In this document: positions 51,472 through 64,000 of the stretch, in pieces | How positions within the stretch are numbered: position 1 is the stretch's first letter | Layout: each line of letters opens with the position of its first letter | Assembly (NCBI RefSeq): GCF_006345805.1 | Contig: NC_043003.1 | Coordinates: forward strand, 15,500,001 to 15,564,000 | Length of the DNA: 64,000 bases | Origin: Octopus sinensis | Lineage: Eukaryota | Direction: 5' to 3' | Program-made: the position numbers and the translations under genes | The notes under the pieces: generated by a model | The model's database searches: none | The model's input: the letters and a program-made list of their open reading frames with translations, nothing else | What the model was told of the DNA's origin: nothing

Positions 51472-52120
51472 GACGGCGAGCTGGCAGAGTTGTTAGCACG
51501 CTGCACGAAATATTTATCAGTAATTCGCCCATCGTTACGTTCTGAGTTCAAATTCCGCCGAGGTCGACTTTGCCTTTCATCCTTTCGGGGTCGATTAAAT
51601 AAGTACCAGTTACGCACTGGGGTCGATATAATCGACTTAATCCGTTTGACTGTCCTTCTTTGTCCTCTCTGTGTTTAGCCCCTTGTGGGTAGTAAAAAAA
51701 AAAATAGAATTGTTAGCACGCTGGACGAAATGTTTTGCAGTATTTCGTCTGCCGCTACGTTCTGAGTTCAAATTCTGCCGATGTTGACTTTGCCTTTCAT
51801 CCTTTCGGGGTTTGATAAATTAAGTACCAGTTACGTACTGGGGTCGATGTAATCGACATAATCCCTTTGTCTGTTCTTGTTTGTCCCCTCTGTGTGTAGC
51901 CCCTTGTGGGCAGTGAAGAAATAAGAATTGTTAGCACGCTGGACGAGATGTTTAGCAGTATTTCGCCCGTCGTTACGTTCTGAGTTCAAATTCTGCCGAG
52001 GTCGACTTTACCTTTCATCCTTTCGGGATCGATAAATTAAGTACCGGTTGAGTACTGGGGTCGATCTAATCGACTATCCCCCTCCTTCAAATTTCAGGCC
52101 TTGTGCCTATAATAGAAAGG
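51472..52120 (+). mobile_element. SINE family B trimer with terminal tail
   Basis: Three units re-entering at GAATTGTTAGCACG; the last ends CAAATTTCAGGCCTTGTGCCTAT. Confidence 0.88.
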
Positions 52121-52333
52121 GTGTATGTAGGACTGTGTGTGTGTGTGAATCGTTTATTGTTTATTGTTTCCATCTCTGGACTGCAGCCATGGTTGTGCAT
52201 CGCCTTGAAAGGGGTTTAGACAAAGAAATCAATCCAAGTACTTAGGCTATCGTTTAGCTATCGTTTTTATGTTTGTTTTCTTTTTTACAGTGATATAAAC
52301 AAACCAAAATTGAATGTGAATCACACACACACA

Positions 52334-52370
<37 letters not shown>

Positions 52371-52596
52371 CACGCACATGAGTAATATGCTTCCAAGCAT
52401 TTTCCGTTTAAGAAATTTACTCACAAGGCTATGGTCTACCTGGAGAAATAGTAGAAGACACTTACCCAAAAGGCTGCACAGTGGGATTGAACTGAAAACC
52501 ATGTAATTGCAAAGCGAGTTTCTTAAACCCAAGACCACACCTGCACCTATACGAACATACATTCATTCTTACATACATACACAAACTATGTATGAA

Positions 52597-52824
52597 GGCG
52601 TGGCTGGCAGAATCTTTAGCACGCCGGCTGAAATGCTTAGCAGTATTTCGTCTGCCGTTACGTTCTGAGTTCAAATTCCGCCGAGGTCGACTTTACCTTT
52701 CATTCTTTCGGGGTCGATAAATTAAGTACCAGTTACGCACTGGGGTCGATGTAATTTACTTAATCCGTTTGTCTGTCTTTGTTTGTCCTCTCTGTGTTTA
52801 GCCCCTTGTGGGTAGTAAAGAAAT
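52597..52824 (+). mobile_element. SINE family B monomer inserted in the head of a family A copy
   Basis: TATGAAGGCGTGGCTG is duplicated at 52591-52606 and 52832-52847. Confidence 0.85.
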
Positions 52825-52834
52825 ATATATATAT

Positions 52835-53215
52835 GAAGGCGTGGCTGTGTGGGGAGAAGCTTGCTTCCAAACCATATGGTTCCGGTTTCCGTTCCACTGC
52901 GCGTTACCTTGGGCGAATGACTTCTGCTACAGCCTCGGGCTGATCAAAGCCTTGTGAGTGGAATTGGTGGATGGAAACTGAAAAGAATCCCGTCGTAAAT
53001 ATATATATATGTATATGTGTGTGTGTTTCTATGTCTATGTTTGTCTTCCCATCATCGCTTGACAACCGATGTTGGTGTGTTCACGAACCAGTAATCTAGC
53101 GGTTCGGCAAAAGAATCTGATAGAATAAGTACTAGTCTTTCTAAGAGTAAGTCGATTACTTCGACTAAAACACCCTTTAAGGCGGTGCTCCAGCATGGCC
53201 GCAGTCAAATGAGTG
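52835..53215 (+). mobile_element. SINE family A (diverged)
   Basis: Family A head, body and tail. Confidence 0.8.
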
Positions 53216-53260
53216 CAGCGAGTAAATAGATAAGAATATGTTTTAAAAATAAATATTTGT

Positions 53261-53422
53261 AGGCGTAGGAGTGGCTGAGTGGTGAGTAGCTTGCTTACGA
53301 ACCACATGGTTCCGGGTTCAGTCCCACTGCGTGGCACCTTGGGCAAGTATCTTCTACTATAGCCTCGGGTCGACCAAAGCCTTGTGAGTGGATTTGGTAA
53401 ACCGAAACTGAAACAAGCCGTC

Positions 53423-53519
<97 letters not shown>

Positions 53520-53743
53520 TGTGTGTGTGTATGTCTGTGTGTCTGTGTTTGTCCCCCAACATCGCTTGACAACCGATGCTGGCGTGTTTACGTCCCCGTA
53601 ACTTAGCGGTTCTGCAAAGAAACCAATAGAATAAGTACTAGGCTTACAAAGAATAAGTCCTGGGGGTCGATTTGTTCGACTAAAGGCGGTACTCCAGCAT
53701 GGCCACAGTCAAATGAATGAAACAAGTAAAAAGTAAAAGAGTA
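53261..53743 (+). mobile_element. SINE family A, full length with expanded internal (TA)n(TG)n
   Basis: Family A homology. Confidence 0.9.
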
Positions 53744-54100
53744 AAATTTTGCGAAAGTTTTCGTACAGAGTATTCTGTGCAAGCGCTTTTAGTTCAACTT
53801 TCCAAACACACACACACACACACGTGTGCTTATATACCTACGTATTTGCTTCTATATGTTGTACTGAAAAATCGATCTACTTCCTTTTAGCTTCTAATTG
53901 TTCTGCACTCAAATTAGGTCCATCGACACTCCCGTTTTTCTCTAGTTAACTTTCTTTTCTCGAGTATTGATACCGTTTTTTATCAGATGTATTATGCGAA
54001 AGTAATAATCGGATGTAGTTTTTACACATATAAATCTTTTTATGTAACAATTTTATTTAATACAAACATGCAGCTACACACACACGCACACACACACACA

Positions 54101-54140
<40 letters not shown>

Positions 54141-54302
54141 ACTTTCGCAGACGTATGCAAAGACACACACACACACACATATATATGAAATTAAATATTA
54201 AATTGCTTTCTTTCGAAAATAATTTCTACGTCGTATTGCATAATGTATGTGTCTTAGTGAAGATTTAGAAAAATACTCGTTTCTTTTGAAATTATATGTA
54301 TA

Positions 54303-54367
54303 TGCGGTGGTGCCCCAGCATGGCCGCGGCCTTCGGGCTAAAACATTTTTAAGGATTTAAGGATTTA
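54303..54367 (+). mobile_element. Short LINE/SINE 3' tail fragment with (TTTAAGGA)n end
   Basis: GGTGGTGCCCCAGCATGGCCGCGGCC shares the family A tail motif but ends in TTTAAGGA repeats. Confidence 0.5.
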
Positions 54368-54405
54368 TGTGTATGTGCGCGCGCGTGTGTGTATGTATAT
54401 ATCTG

Positions 54406-54452
<47 letters not shown>

Positions 54453-54473
54453 GTAGTTAGATTGATAGATAGA

Positions 54474-54557
<84 letters not shown>

Positions 54558-54570
54558 CTAGTTAGTTAGT

Positions 54571-54620
<50 letters not shown>

Positions 54621-54624
54621 TGTA

Positions 54625-54655
<31 letters not shown>

Positions 54656-55367
54656 TATTTTATATGAATGAATAAAATATTGTTTTTTGTTTGCTTGAAA
54701 CAGTCCTTTTTTTCCTGATACGACCGTCAAAGTGTTTCCAAACTGATTGATTTATTTCCGTTGACTCTTTCCATTTAATCACATTACTAACATTTAAAAC
54801 GAACACTTAGCGAAATGAAAATAAAAAGAACTATTTTCGAAGCTGTTTTGTCACTTAACTTTAGCTACCTACCAGCGTGGTCTCTCGAAATGTGAACTTA
54901 AAGCGAGAGATCGTTAAACTATCGTAATTCTTTGTTTGAAAGTGTTTTTTTTTTGTTCTTTCAAAAACGACTGTCAATGTATATTGTAAATGTGTATGTG
55001 AGTTGTGTGCTCGCGTGTATAGGTTTGAGAGCGTATATGCGAGTGAAACTCCATCATTTAAACTCAAAGCAGTGTTTTGATCTCGATAATTTTTCTTTCC
55101 ATTGCCTATCGTTATAACGTCTCTCGTTGTCAACACTCTCTGTTCAGTTGGTGTACCAATCTTCCTCAGTCGATTGTGTCCGCAGACAAAAGCACATATG
55201 AGTTTTATTTTACATGCAATTCAATATTTTCCGAAACTCAGAAAGAGAAATGCAACGTAGATATCCAACTGTGTTTGGAAGCTTAAGGACATTAATACCA
55301 CCAGTTAACAAATACTATTTTTTTCCCTTTTTCCTAAGGACAAATCCGGTAAATTAACAATACATAT

Positions 55368-55776
55368 CTCTTTTACTCTTTTACTTGTTTCAGTCATTTG
55401 ACTGCGGCCATGCTGGAGCACCGCCTTTAATCGAGCAACTCGACCCCGAACTTATTCTTTTGTAAGCCCAGTACTTATTATATCGCTCGCTTTTTGCCGA
55501 ACCGCTAAGTTACGGGGACATAAACACACCAGCATCGGTTGTTAAGCAATGCTAGGGGGACAAACACAGACACACAAACACACACACACATACATATATA
55601 TATACATATATACGACAGGCTTCTTTCAGTTTCCGTCTACCAAATCCACTCACAAGGCATTGGTCGGCCTGGGGCTATAGCAGAAGACACTTGCCCAAGA
55701 TGTCACGCAGTGGAACTGAACCCGGAACCATGTGGTTGGTTAGCAAGCTACTTACCACACAACCACTCCTGTGCCT
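55368..55776 (-). mobile_element. SINE family A, full length
   Basis: Family A homology. Confidence 0.9.
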
Positions 55777-56619
55777 ATGCAGTTTATGTGCTGAGGAAGC
55801 ACTCAATATCAACAGAAACTCGGAATGTATTACGTCTTGTAATCGTAAAACACATAAAATATACATATATACATATGCAATAAACACACTCTGAGCTGAT
55901 TGCATATTTTTTATATACTGCAGTAGCTTCTTTCTAATTACTGAACTTACATTAATTACATTACAATTGATAATAATATTAATTTTTTTTTCTAATCTAA
56001 AAATTACCTGATAAGAGTAAATTATTTACTGATTTTCTATTTCTCAATAACCAAATACTTAAATTCAGAATTCCATTTAATTAAGCATATATGACTTCTT
56101 TTAATCACTTCTGAACTAAGACTCTACATTATATCTGGTCGTCGTTTAGCTTATACTTTTCATATAAAGTTTTTCGTAATTTAAATTGTTATAAATGAAT
56201 TGCTCTTCGTTACATAACATAACACTGCAGTTACGAAATTGAGATTACTGACTCCCTGCGTTTTACTTACTAAGATTCGAAACTTTTAAATTTTTATCTT
56301 TTACTTGTTTCAGTCAGATTGCGGCCAAGCTGGGGCATCACCTTGATGAGCATTTATTCGAATGTGTCGACCTCAGTACTTTTTTAAGCATGGTATTTAT
56401 TATATCGATGACTTTGCCGGACCGCTAAGTTACGGGGACGTAAGCACACCAACACCGGTTGTCAAAAGGTGATGGGGTCCAAACACAGGAACACACAGAT
56501 ATATACATACATACGTGTTCTGATCAATAAGTATCCGGACATAGTTGAAGGTTAATCTTTGCCAAGCGGTTTCACTCTGCAGATACACACGTATGTATAT
56601 CTCTTTTATTTTTAATTAT

Positions 56620-57020
56620 TATAAATGCTCCCCTGAGGAGGGAACCGGTTTCCAACAAAGGTACAAGGCTTCATCTTTGGGATGTAATTAAAACAGAAAA
56701 CTTCACATTTGGAATTTGAGAAAAGCCTTGTATATTACTACTGTTTCACTTACAGATTGCACTTGTAATGTACGATTCAGTTGGTCGATTTCTCTTTCTG
56801 AAAATCCCAGTTTATCCAGATTCTCCTTTAAACATTTACTAACAAAACCTAGTGTTCCAATTATTATTGGTATGCATATGAAATCATAATCTGGATATAG
56901 AAGCTGGTGGTTTCGAAGCAGATTTCCATAGATATCCTCGTTTTCTTTGATTTTCAGCTGATGGTACATACCTTTGTCCCCGTGTCTCAAGCAACAATAT
57001 CCGGCCTGTTATGCTTACAT
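56620..57020 (-). mobile_element. RLE-type non-LTR retrotransposon 3' relic (family distinct from 6090-7662)
   Basis: Minus strand CKHNRPDIVA*DTGTKVCTI, then frameshifted KENEDIYGNLLRN...LYPDYDFICIPIIIGTLGFVSKCL...LGFS. Confidence 0.75.
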
Positions 57021-57589
57021 TTGACAGAAATTTGTATGTGTGTATGTATGTATAAGTGCTCTCACAGTCACAAGATCGTGGTTTCAGTACCCAAACCGGG
57101 CGATGCGCTGTGTTCTTTGCGCAAAATGCTTCCTTTCCCGTTTGCTCTGCGATCACTTTGACAGCTGACGTTTGGCAGACCGTGTACCTGCGCATGTGTT
57201 ACTGATTTGAAGGAGAAAGTGAGTTAATGAACAGCACAAATAATTTGATTTCTATGCACAAATCACCTGTGCAGGTTATTCAGCAAATTGTTGGGAATCT
57301 TCATTTCATACTCGACCGGAGAAACCACCTGTATCCACACACACACACATACACAAACTGACACACGTAAATACATACATATATACACGTATACATACAC
57401 ATATATATACATACATGCAAACAAACAAACATACATACAGACATACGTACATACATACACGCACATATACCTACATCCATACACGTACAAACACATACAC
57501 ATGCACATACACGCACACATATGCATACACACATATGTGAATGCATAAATGCAGACAGATAGATACACAAACATATATCGCTCTATCGC

Positions 57590-58330
57590 TCTAACGACCA
57601 GAGTATCAAACATCCTCCTACATCGCTTTTCACGGTGCGCATCCATTCTTCTCTTGATGACGCTCTTGTTGTTGTTGTCGTTGTTGTTGTTAAGCAACAA
57701 GACGGGTAAGGGTGATTAGGTGATGGTCTAGGGCTTAGGGGCGGGAGACCCCAGACCTTGGAAAAAAAAACTTTGGTCGTCTTGTTGTAGTCGAGGGCTT
57801 TTCGTTGACGCCCGACACCACTGAGAGGTAGCCCTCGAAGTCGCTGGAAATGGAGATCTCCAGGTCCAAATTCTTGAACGGCTGATGACGCTCTTGTCTT
57901 CATGTGGGCCGGAACTTTTCAACTATGTCATCATCTCATCGTCTTGGAGGTGTTTCAAATGCCCTTTTCCGGCTTCTTGGATACTAGTTGACAGCTGTCC
58001 CAGTTCACCTCATGTCTGTGAACCGGAATATCCGTATTCCTCGATCACATCGTTCATTTCAATCTATTCTCGATTTCCTTGTTTCATATATTTGTCAGAA
58101 ACAGTATTTCTGATATGAATCTATCTTTGGCCCTCTGTGTCGTAACAAACCTTTGTTCTTCTTTCGTCGTAGTAGCTTATGTTTAATTTGCTTACAAGAG
58201 ATCAAGGAAGGTCGGTGCTATTGAAGAAAACATTGTCACGTGGAGTCTTATCCAGCTGTTGCTTTGAGCACTCTTTTTGCTTTAGTCAAAGGCTTTTCAT
58301 TCTTCTCTTACTCAGTGCAAAATTTCAGCA
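57590..58330 (-). mobile_element. Decayed RTE-clade LINE 3' region, interrupted by a 213-bp insert
   Basis: Minus strand EEQRFVTTQRAKDR...NKEIENR...*YPRSRKR...PPRR*DDDI...REEWMR, with several stops. Confidence 0.65.
57670..57882 (-). mobile_element. Unidentified retroposed insert with (CAA)n tail and 15-bp TSD
   Basis: TGATGACGCTCTTGT at 57655-57669 and 57883-57897; the minus-strand 3' end is CAACAACAACGACAACAAC. Confidence 0.75.
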
Positions 58331-58698
58331 TTCATCTCCCAACCAGTATTTAATGGACAAGCAGGCAAAAATTATAACATTGCATTGTTAGGGCACCAAG
58401 AACAGAAACACTGGACAGAATTTCATGCTTTCGTACATAAGGTACAAAAACTTTTTTCACCGTATAGCAGAACATATTCAAAGTCAGGAATATATTTGTG
58501 TATTCGCTCGAAGCGATGTTTTCACGCAATGCATTCATAATCGGCGTTTGAAATACCAGTCGGTCTATTAACTCCTTCTTAAACTCGTAGAGGAATAACA
58601 TCGTGTATAACACTGCACTAAAAGTGAAACTTTCCTTATCTAACATTCTTGTAGGAGTGGCAAACAACCCTTAATAAAAGTTATTATGCAACCCTTAT

Positions 58699-58861
58699 AG
58701 CGTAGGAGTGGCTGTGTGGTAAGTAGCTTGCTTACCAACCACATGATTCCGGGTTCAGTCCCACTGCGTGGCACCTTGGGCAAATGTCTTCTTCTATAGC
58801 ATCGGGCCGACCAAAGCCTTGTGAGTGGATTTGGTAGACGGAAACTGAAAGAAGCCCATCG

Positions 58862-58909
<48 letters not shown>

Positions 58910-59030
58910 GTGTGTGTGTGTGTGTGGCTTACAAAGAATAAGTCCTGGGGTCGATTTGCTCGACTAAAGGCGGTGCTCCTGCATGGCCACAGTCAAATGA
59001 CTGAAACAAGTAAAAGAGAAAAAGAGAGAG
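58699..59030 (+). mobile_element. SINE family A with internal deletion
   Basis: Head and 5' body, microsatellite, then the tail from GGCTTACAAAGAATAAG onward. Confidence 0.85.
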
Positions 59031-59094
59031 AGAGAGAGTAACTCTTATAAAAAGTTATTAAACAACCCTTATAAACTTACACGCCGAGAGAATA

Positions 59095-59525
59095 TTGGTT
59101 TCAAAGTTTGTGTAGAAAGTCGACAATTTCCGGGGGAGTGGAGAAGTCGGTTAGGTCGATACTATTGGTGCACTGATACTTATTTTATCGACCCCTAAAG
59201 GATAGAAGACAAAATCGACCTCAACGTAATTTGAACTCAGAACAGCCGAAATGCCGGCGTGCTGATGATTCTACCAGGTCACTGCCTTACACACCAAGAT
59301 GATATTGGTTTCAAATTTTGGTAGAAAGACAGCAATTTCGGGGAAGAGGATAAATCGATTACATCGACCCCAATACTCAACTGGTACTTATTTTTTCAAC
59401 TCTGAAAAAGATAAAACGCAAAGTCGACCAGGGCGGAAATTGAACTCAGAACGTAAGGAAAAAAAAACGGATGAAATGTCGCTTAACATTTTGCCCGTCG
59501 CTCTAACGATTCTGCCATCTCCCCA
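59095..59525 (-). mobile_element. Two tandem old SINE family B-related copies
   Basis: Repeated ATATTGGTTTCAAA...TCGACCCC...TTGAACTCAGAAC units. Confidence 0.6.
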
Positions 59526-60402
59526 CCGAACACAGCAAGCTAATATTCTTTGAAAATTACCACAGCGTGCTGTTATTATAGTACTTACAACTAGAACAAC
59601 ACGAAGGTATTACAACCGTAATTTTTGCTTCTTTGTCTAATTAAATCTTGCAATTCAGAAGAAAAGTTCAACTTGTTGACATTAAAAAATGATGTTGTGA
59701 TGTTTTAATACCATATATCTTATTAAGTAGGCCTTACCTATTTTAATCGCAGATTGAAATCGTTTTTTTTTTCTCACTTTGAAGTAACAGTCTCATTCTG
59801 GAAGCATTAATCTCACGTTGACGGAGAAAATCTACTCAGAACTACAAATATTATAGTACGATGCATATGTTAATTAAACTTAATATACCGAATGGAGGTA
59901 ACTTATCGATCGTTTAAGTAAATATCTACATTGCCAGCTAGATAATTTAGCTAACCGAATGTTAACTTTTAAGCTTGCATATGGTATCTGCTTTTTTATA
60001 GAAATATATCTTATTTTTATCGCTTTTGGAAAACAAATCCCTTACTGAACATACAAACGGTAATAGAATTTCGTGATGTTAGATTTATTAGGATGGCTAA
60101 CCGTTAGTTCTTTTATAACGGCTCTTATTCTTAATACTGCGATTTCAGTGGAAATGTCAACACTCTAATAGAATATCTTTAACTCTTTTCTTTCTGTATG
60201 CCAAAAATAGATCGTAATAATTTGATTTTAAATAATGGATTCCGTCTTCATCTCTTTAACTGGAATTGTACGTATTAAAAAAAAGGTATAAATAGATACA
60301 TAGGTATTTATATGTATTTCAACACACATTGACACGTTTCTTTATATAGTTATCTCTATGTATCGATCTAACTTTTTATCTACTTACCTATCTACGTTTC
60401 TT

Positions 60403-60404
<2 letters not shown>

Positions 60405-60459
<55 letters not shown>

Positions 60460-60474
60460 ATCTATATATCAACT

Positions 60475-60533
<59 letters not shown>

Positions 60534-60556
60534 AACTTATTTATCTATCTATCAAC

Positions 60557-60625
<69 letters not shown>

Positions 60626-60652
60626 AACTTATCTATCTATCTATCTATCAAC

Positions 60653-60724
<72 letters not shown>

Positions 60725-60790
60725 ATATCTATCTATCAACCTATTTATGTGTCTTGCTAACTATCTACGTTTCTATCTATCTGTCTAGCT
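60405..60790. repeat. (TCTA)n array with recurring TCAACTTA variants
   Basis: Directly visible. Confidence 0.95.
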
Positions 60791-61288
60791 ACATACATAT
60801 CTATCTACTTATCTGTTTGTCCACCTGTCTATGTGCTGAACTATATATGTAGTTTCTCACGGAGGTAAAGTTATAAAATACGTACATCAGGTGACTAAGG
60901 ACGGGCCATATCATGTGATGTTGAAGAGGTGATTTTCTTCTAAAAGAACCGGAACAAGGTACTGAAGTTTTCCTATTCCTGTATCTGAAGGATAACCGAG
61001 TAAATTTGTCCTTGACGTCACTGGCGTATGTATTCACAGGCGTATGAAGTCACTGGCGTATGAGTTCTCAAAAAACTATTCGGTGTTACGTGACCGGCTC
61101 TGTAGACCACAGCCTTTCAGAATTAGAATGGTAGAATGGTAGGATTCACCGGCAGCATGGTAGTTAATATATGTATAGCTTTCACTCCGTCGGTTACGAC
61201 AACGAATGTTCCAGTTGACCCGTTCAACTGAAAAGCCTTCTCGTGAAATTAACGTGCAAGTGGCTGAGCGCTCCACAGTGCTATATAC

Positions 61289-61354
<66 letters not shown>

Positions 61355-61359
<5 letters not shown>

Positions 61360-61550
61360 GGAAAGTTTACGAAAATAAACAAAAGACGAAGGCAGGTGGA
61401 GTACAAACAAACAAATGTATTAGTATAGCGCTCAGGAATAGAAATAGAAAAAGTATTTTACGTTTCGAGCCTACGCTCTTCGACAGAAAGTACACAGAAA
61501 AAAACAAGGAGAGAAAAAAATGCGTGTAGGAGCTAACGATCTATCATGTG
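61355..61550 (-). mobile_element. PLE-like terminal repeat fragment (family P5)
   Basis: Minus strand CTTTCTGTCGAAGAGCGTAGGCTCGAAACGTAAAA; abuts (TA)n. Confidence 0.6.
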
Positions 61551-61823
61551 TGTGTGTGTATAACATACCTTGATACTGTGTTGACTGAGACCCCTGTTGA
61601 CAGGACACTGATATTAAATAAGTGTTAATACTTTTGATATGTAAATTATCTTCACTTTTCTGTAATTACTGGATTTGTTGAATATATAAGCAATATTTGT
61701 GTTTCTAGCATTGGTCAATTTTATGTGGACACCACTCATGAGAACTCAGTAAGGTTCGAAAATCAATTAAGGCTGTATGTCACTTTTTTCTGTTCTACTG
61801 GGAAATAACTAAATTAGCTCTCC

Positions 61824-62137
61824 GCATAGCTCAGTGGTTAGAGCGTCGGGCACACAATCATGAGATAGTGAGTTTGATTCCTGGAACGGACTGTGTGTTG
61901 TGTTCTTGAGCTAGACACTTTATTTCACGTTGCTCCAGTCCACGCAGCTGTAGAAATGAGCTGTGACGTCACTGGTACCAAGCTGTATAGGTCTTTGCCT
62001 TTCCTTTGGATAACATCGGTAATGTGGAGAGAAAAGTGTGGTATGCATGGGTGACTGCTGGTCTTCCATGAACAACCTTGCCTGGACTTGTGCTTCGGGG
62101 GGGGGACTTTCTGTGTGCAATCCCATGGTCATTCATG
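61824..62137 (+). mobile_element. SINE family D (tRNA head plus CORE domain)
   Basis: Homologous to 29742-30068. Confidence 0.85.
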
Positions 62138-62139
62138 GT

Positions 62140-62625
62140 TGTCTGTCGTAGGTCGATGTTGACTGTTCTTGGTTAGTGATCATCTCTGTTAGCCTCGCAT
62201 GTGGGCAACGAGGCCTGACTTGATCTGCAGCAGCGATGACCCTTACCGTAGTTGAAGCAAATTGACACAACGGAAGCACAAGTGATGCCGCTCATGAGAT
62301 CTTTCGTATTCCTCTCTATTTTTTTCTACTCAGTGGCAGGAATTACGAGCGTCAACGATTGGAGGCATTCATCACTCTGCGGGGTATTTCCTCCCAGGTG
62401 TCTGGAGAAAATGCTGTAGTTCTTTATTTCTGTATCGCAACCTCTGGCCACCACGGCTTCACCTAACCTCATGAAGTTCATCATAGAAAACTGCCTTTGG
62501 GAGCCTGCCGTCCTCCATCCTGCAAACGTATCCCGCCCAGCGCAGGTACAATGAGGTAATAGGGGGGGTGGCGCCACTGTAACTGCACCAGTGTAGGGTA
62601 GGATCTCCACGTTCGGAATATTATA
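62140..62625 (-). mobile_element. RTE (BovB-like) LINE 3' fragment
   Basis: Minus strand IPNVEIL...LRWAGYVCRMEDGRLPKAVFYDEL...SRGGQRLRY, the classic RTE C-terminal motif. Confidence 0.78.
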
Positions 62626-62991
62626 CTGCTATCTGATATCTACATATGTACCTATATATGTGTGTATTGCACGTTATACTATATACCATGTATATATCTT
62701 ATAATGTACATGTATGTTTAATGAATCCATATATACATGTGTGTGTATATATGCATGTATGCATGTCAATATATATAAAAAACTTGGTGAAAAAGCAAAG
62801 TCAGCACAGTGTTTCGAAGTTTCTAACTTCAAACACCGCAGAGATTAAGTTTGTTTTTCATCTCTCAGAATCGATAAAATATATTCCACTAACTCCAGGG
62901 AACCAAATTATATCGATTATATGTCGTTCACTTGGTCCTTTCTCTCTCTCTCCTCTTCCTCTCTGTATGTATGTATGTATGTATGTATATA

Positions 62992-63028
<37 letters not shown>

Positions 63029-63345
63029 CACTCTACCTTTCTCTCTCTTCATATACACACACATATATATATATATATATATAATATATATCGTTATGTA
63101 CCTATTGTATGTATAGTATATGTATTATATGTATGTATGTTTATGTATAATGTATATGTAAAGTATTATGTAAAAAATGTAATTATACATATGTATGTAT
63201 ATGTTTATATGTGTATATATGTTTATATATGTGTATATATGTATTATATATTATATAGATGCATAAAAATATATATGCATAAATATATATATATATGTAT
63301 ATGTACATATATATGTATGTATATGTACATATATATATATATATG

Positions 63346-63390
<45 letters not shown>

Positions 63391-63439
63391 ACCTTTATAT
63401 GTATATATATATATATAGAACGTATCTCTATATATATGC

Positions 63440-63493
<54 letters not shown>

Positions 63494-63894
63494 TACTATA
63501 AATATGTTATAGAGAGATAAACAGATGAATAAGAGATTATTAGCTAGATAGATAGATAGATAAATAGATAGATAGAAACAGGGTAATAAAGAGAAAAAAT
63601 AAGTGAGTTACCCACTGTTAGCAGCCGATCTTCTGCATCGATTCCTCTCCGCCTTCAGTTTAAAACCTAACGGAGCCGATTTTTGCCTTTCATTTTTTGG
63701 GGGTCAATACAATGAGTAACAAATAAGTTTGATGTGGTTGGTGGTCCACTAATCGAAGACGTCTAACTGCAAAGTTCCCTCCACTGTGCTTATGTCAGAA
63801 ATCGATGCCATTTATACACCCTCAAAGACACAAATATTGTGTGAACAGAAGTATCCATATCTATCTACCTATCAATATATTTTTCCATCTATCT

Positions 63895-64000
63895 ATTTTT
63901 CTTATTTCTTTACTGCCCACAAGTGGCTACACACAGAGGGGACAAACAAGAACAGACAAACGGATTAAGTTGATTATATCGACCCCAGTGCGTAACTGGT
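63895..64000 (-). mobile_element. SINE family B unit cut by the window end
   Basis: ATTTCTTTACTGCCCACAAG...GGATTAAGTTGATTATATCGACCCCAGTGCGTAACTGG. Confidence 0.8.

Noticed and set aside
56510-56545. Mariner-like TIR fragment (TACGTGTTCTGATCAATAAGTATCCGGAC)
   Set aside because: Only about 30 bp, with no partner TIR or transposase in the window; too little to call.

Overview
AT-rich, repeat-saturated eukaryotic DNA. The SINE families, the TA/TAA/GATA microsatellite load and the Dong/R4-type LINE relics look like an octopus genome; this is inferred from my recognition of the repeats, not from a database hit. I found no host protein-coding gene that I can support. Almost all ORFs in the supplied track are microsatellite translations, SINE read-throughs or decayed transposable-element ORFs. 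The window holds about 40 copies of at least four tRNA-derived SINE families, one of which forms head-to-tail multimers. It also holds relics of Dong/R4 (RLE), RTE and CR1-group LINEs, Tigger- and piggyBac-like DNA transposons, two Helitron-like elements, a 939-bp tandem duplication and a 100-N gap. The most striking signal is a set of sequence-unrelated short fold-back elements, mostly embedded in or next to TA-rich microsatellites, each carrying a type I hammerhead ribozyme (HHR) that I could fold by hand: 5045-5531, 9836-9956 (duplicated at 10777-10897), 21990-22444 and 49701-50554. One has a compensatory U3-A8 core variant, two have greatly extended stem II, and three have the palindromic stem III associated with dimeric cleavage. 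They are best read as Penelope-like-element (PLE) pseudo-LTRs or non-autonomous retrozyme-like elements. All coordinates were read by eye; SINE and LINE boundaries are approximate.
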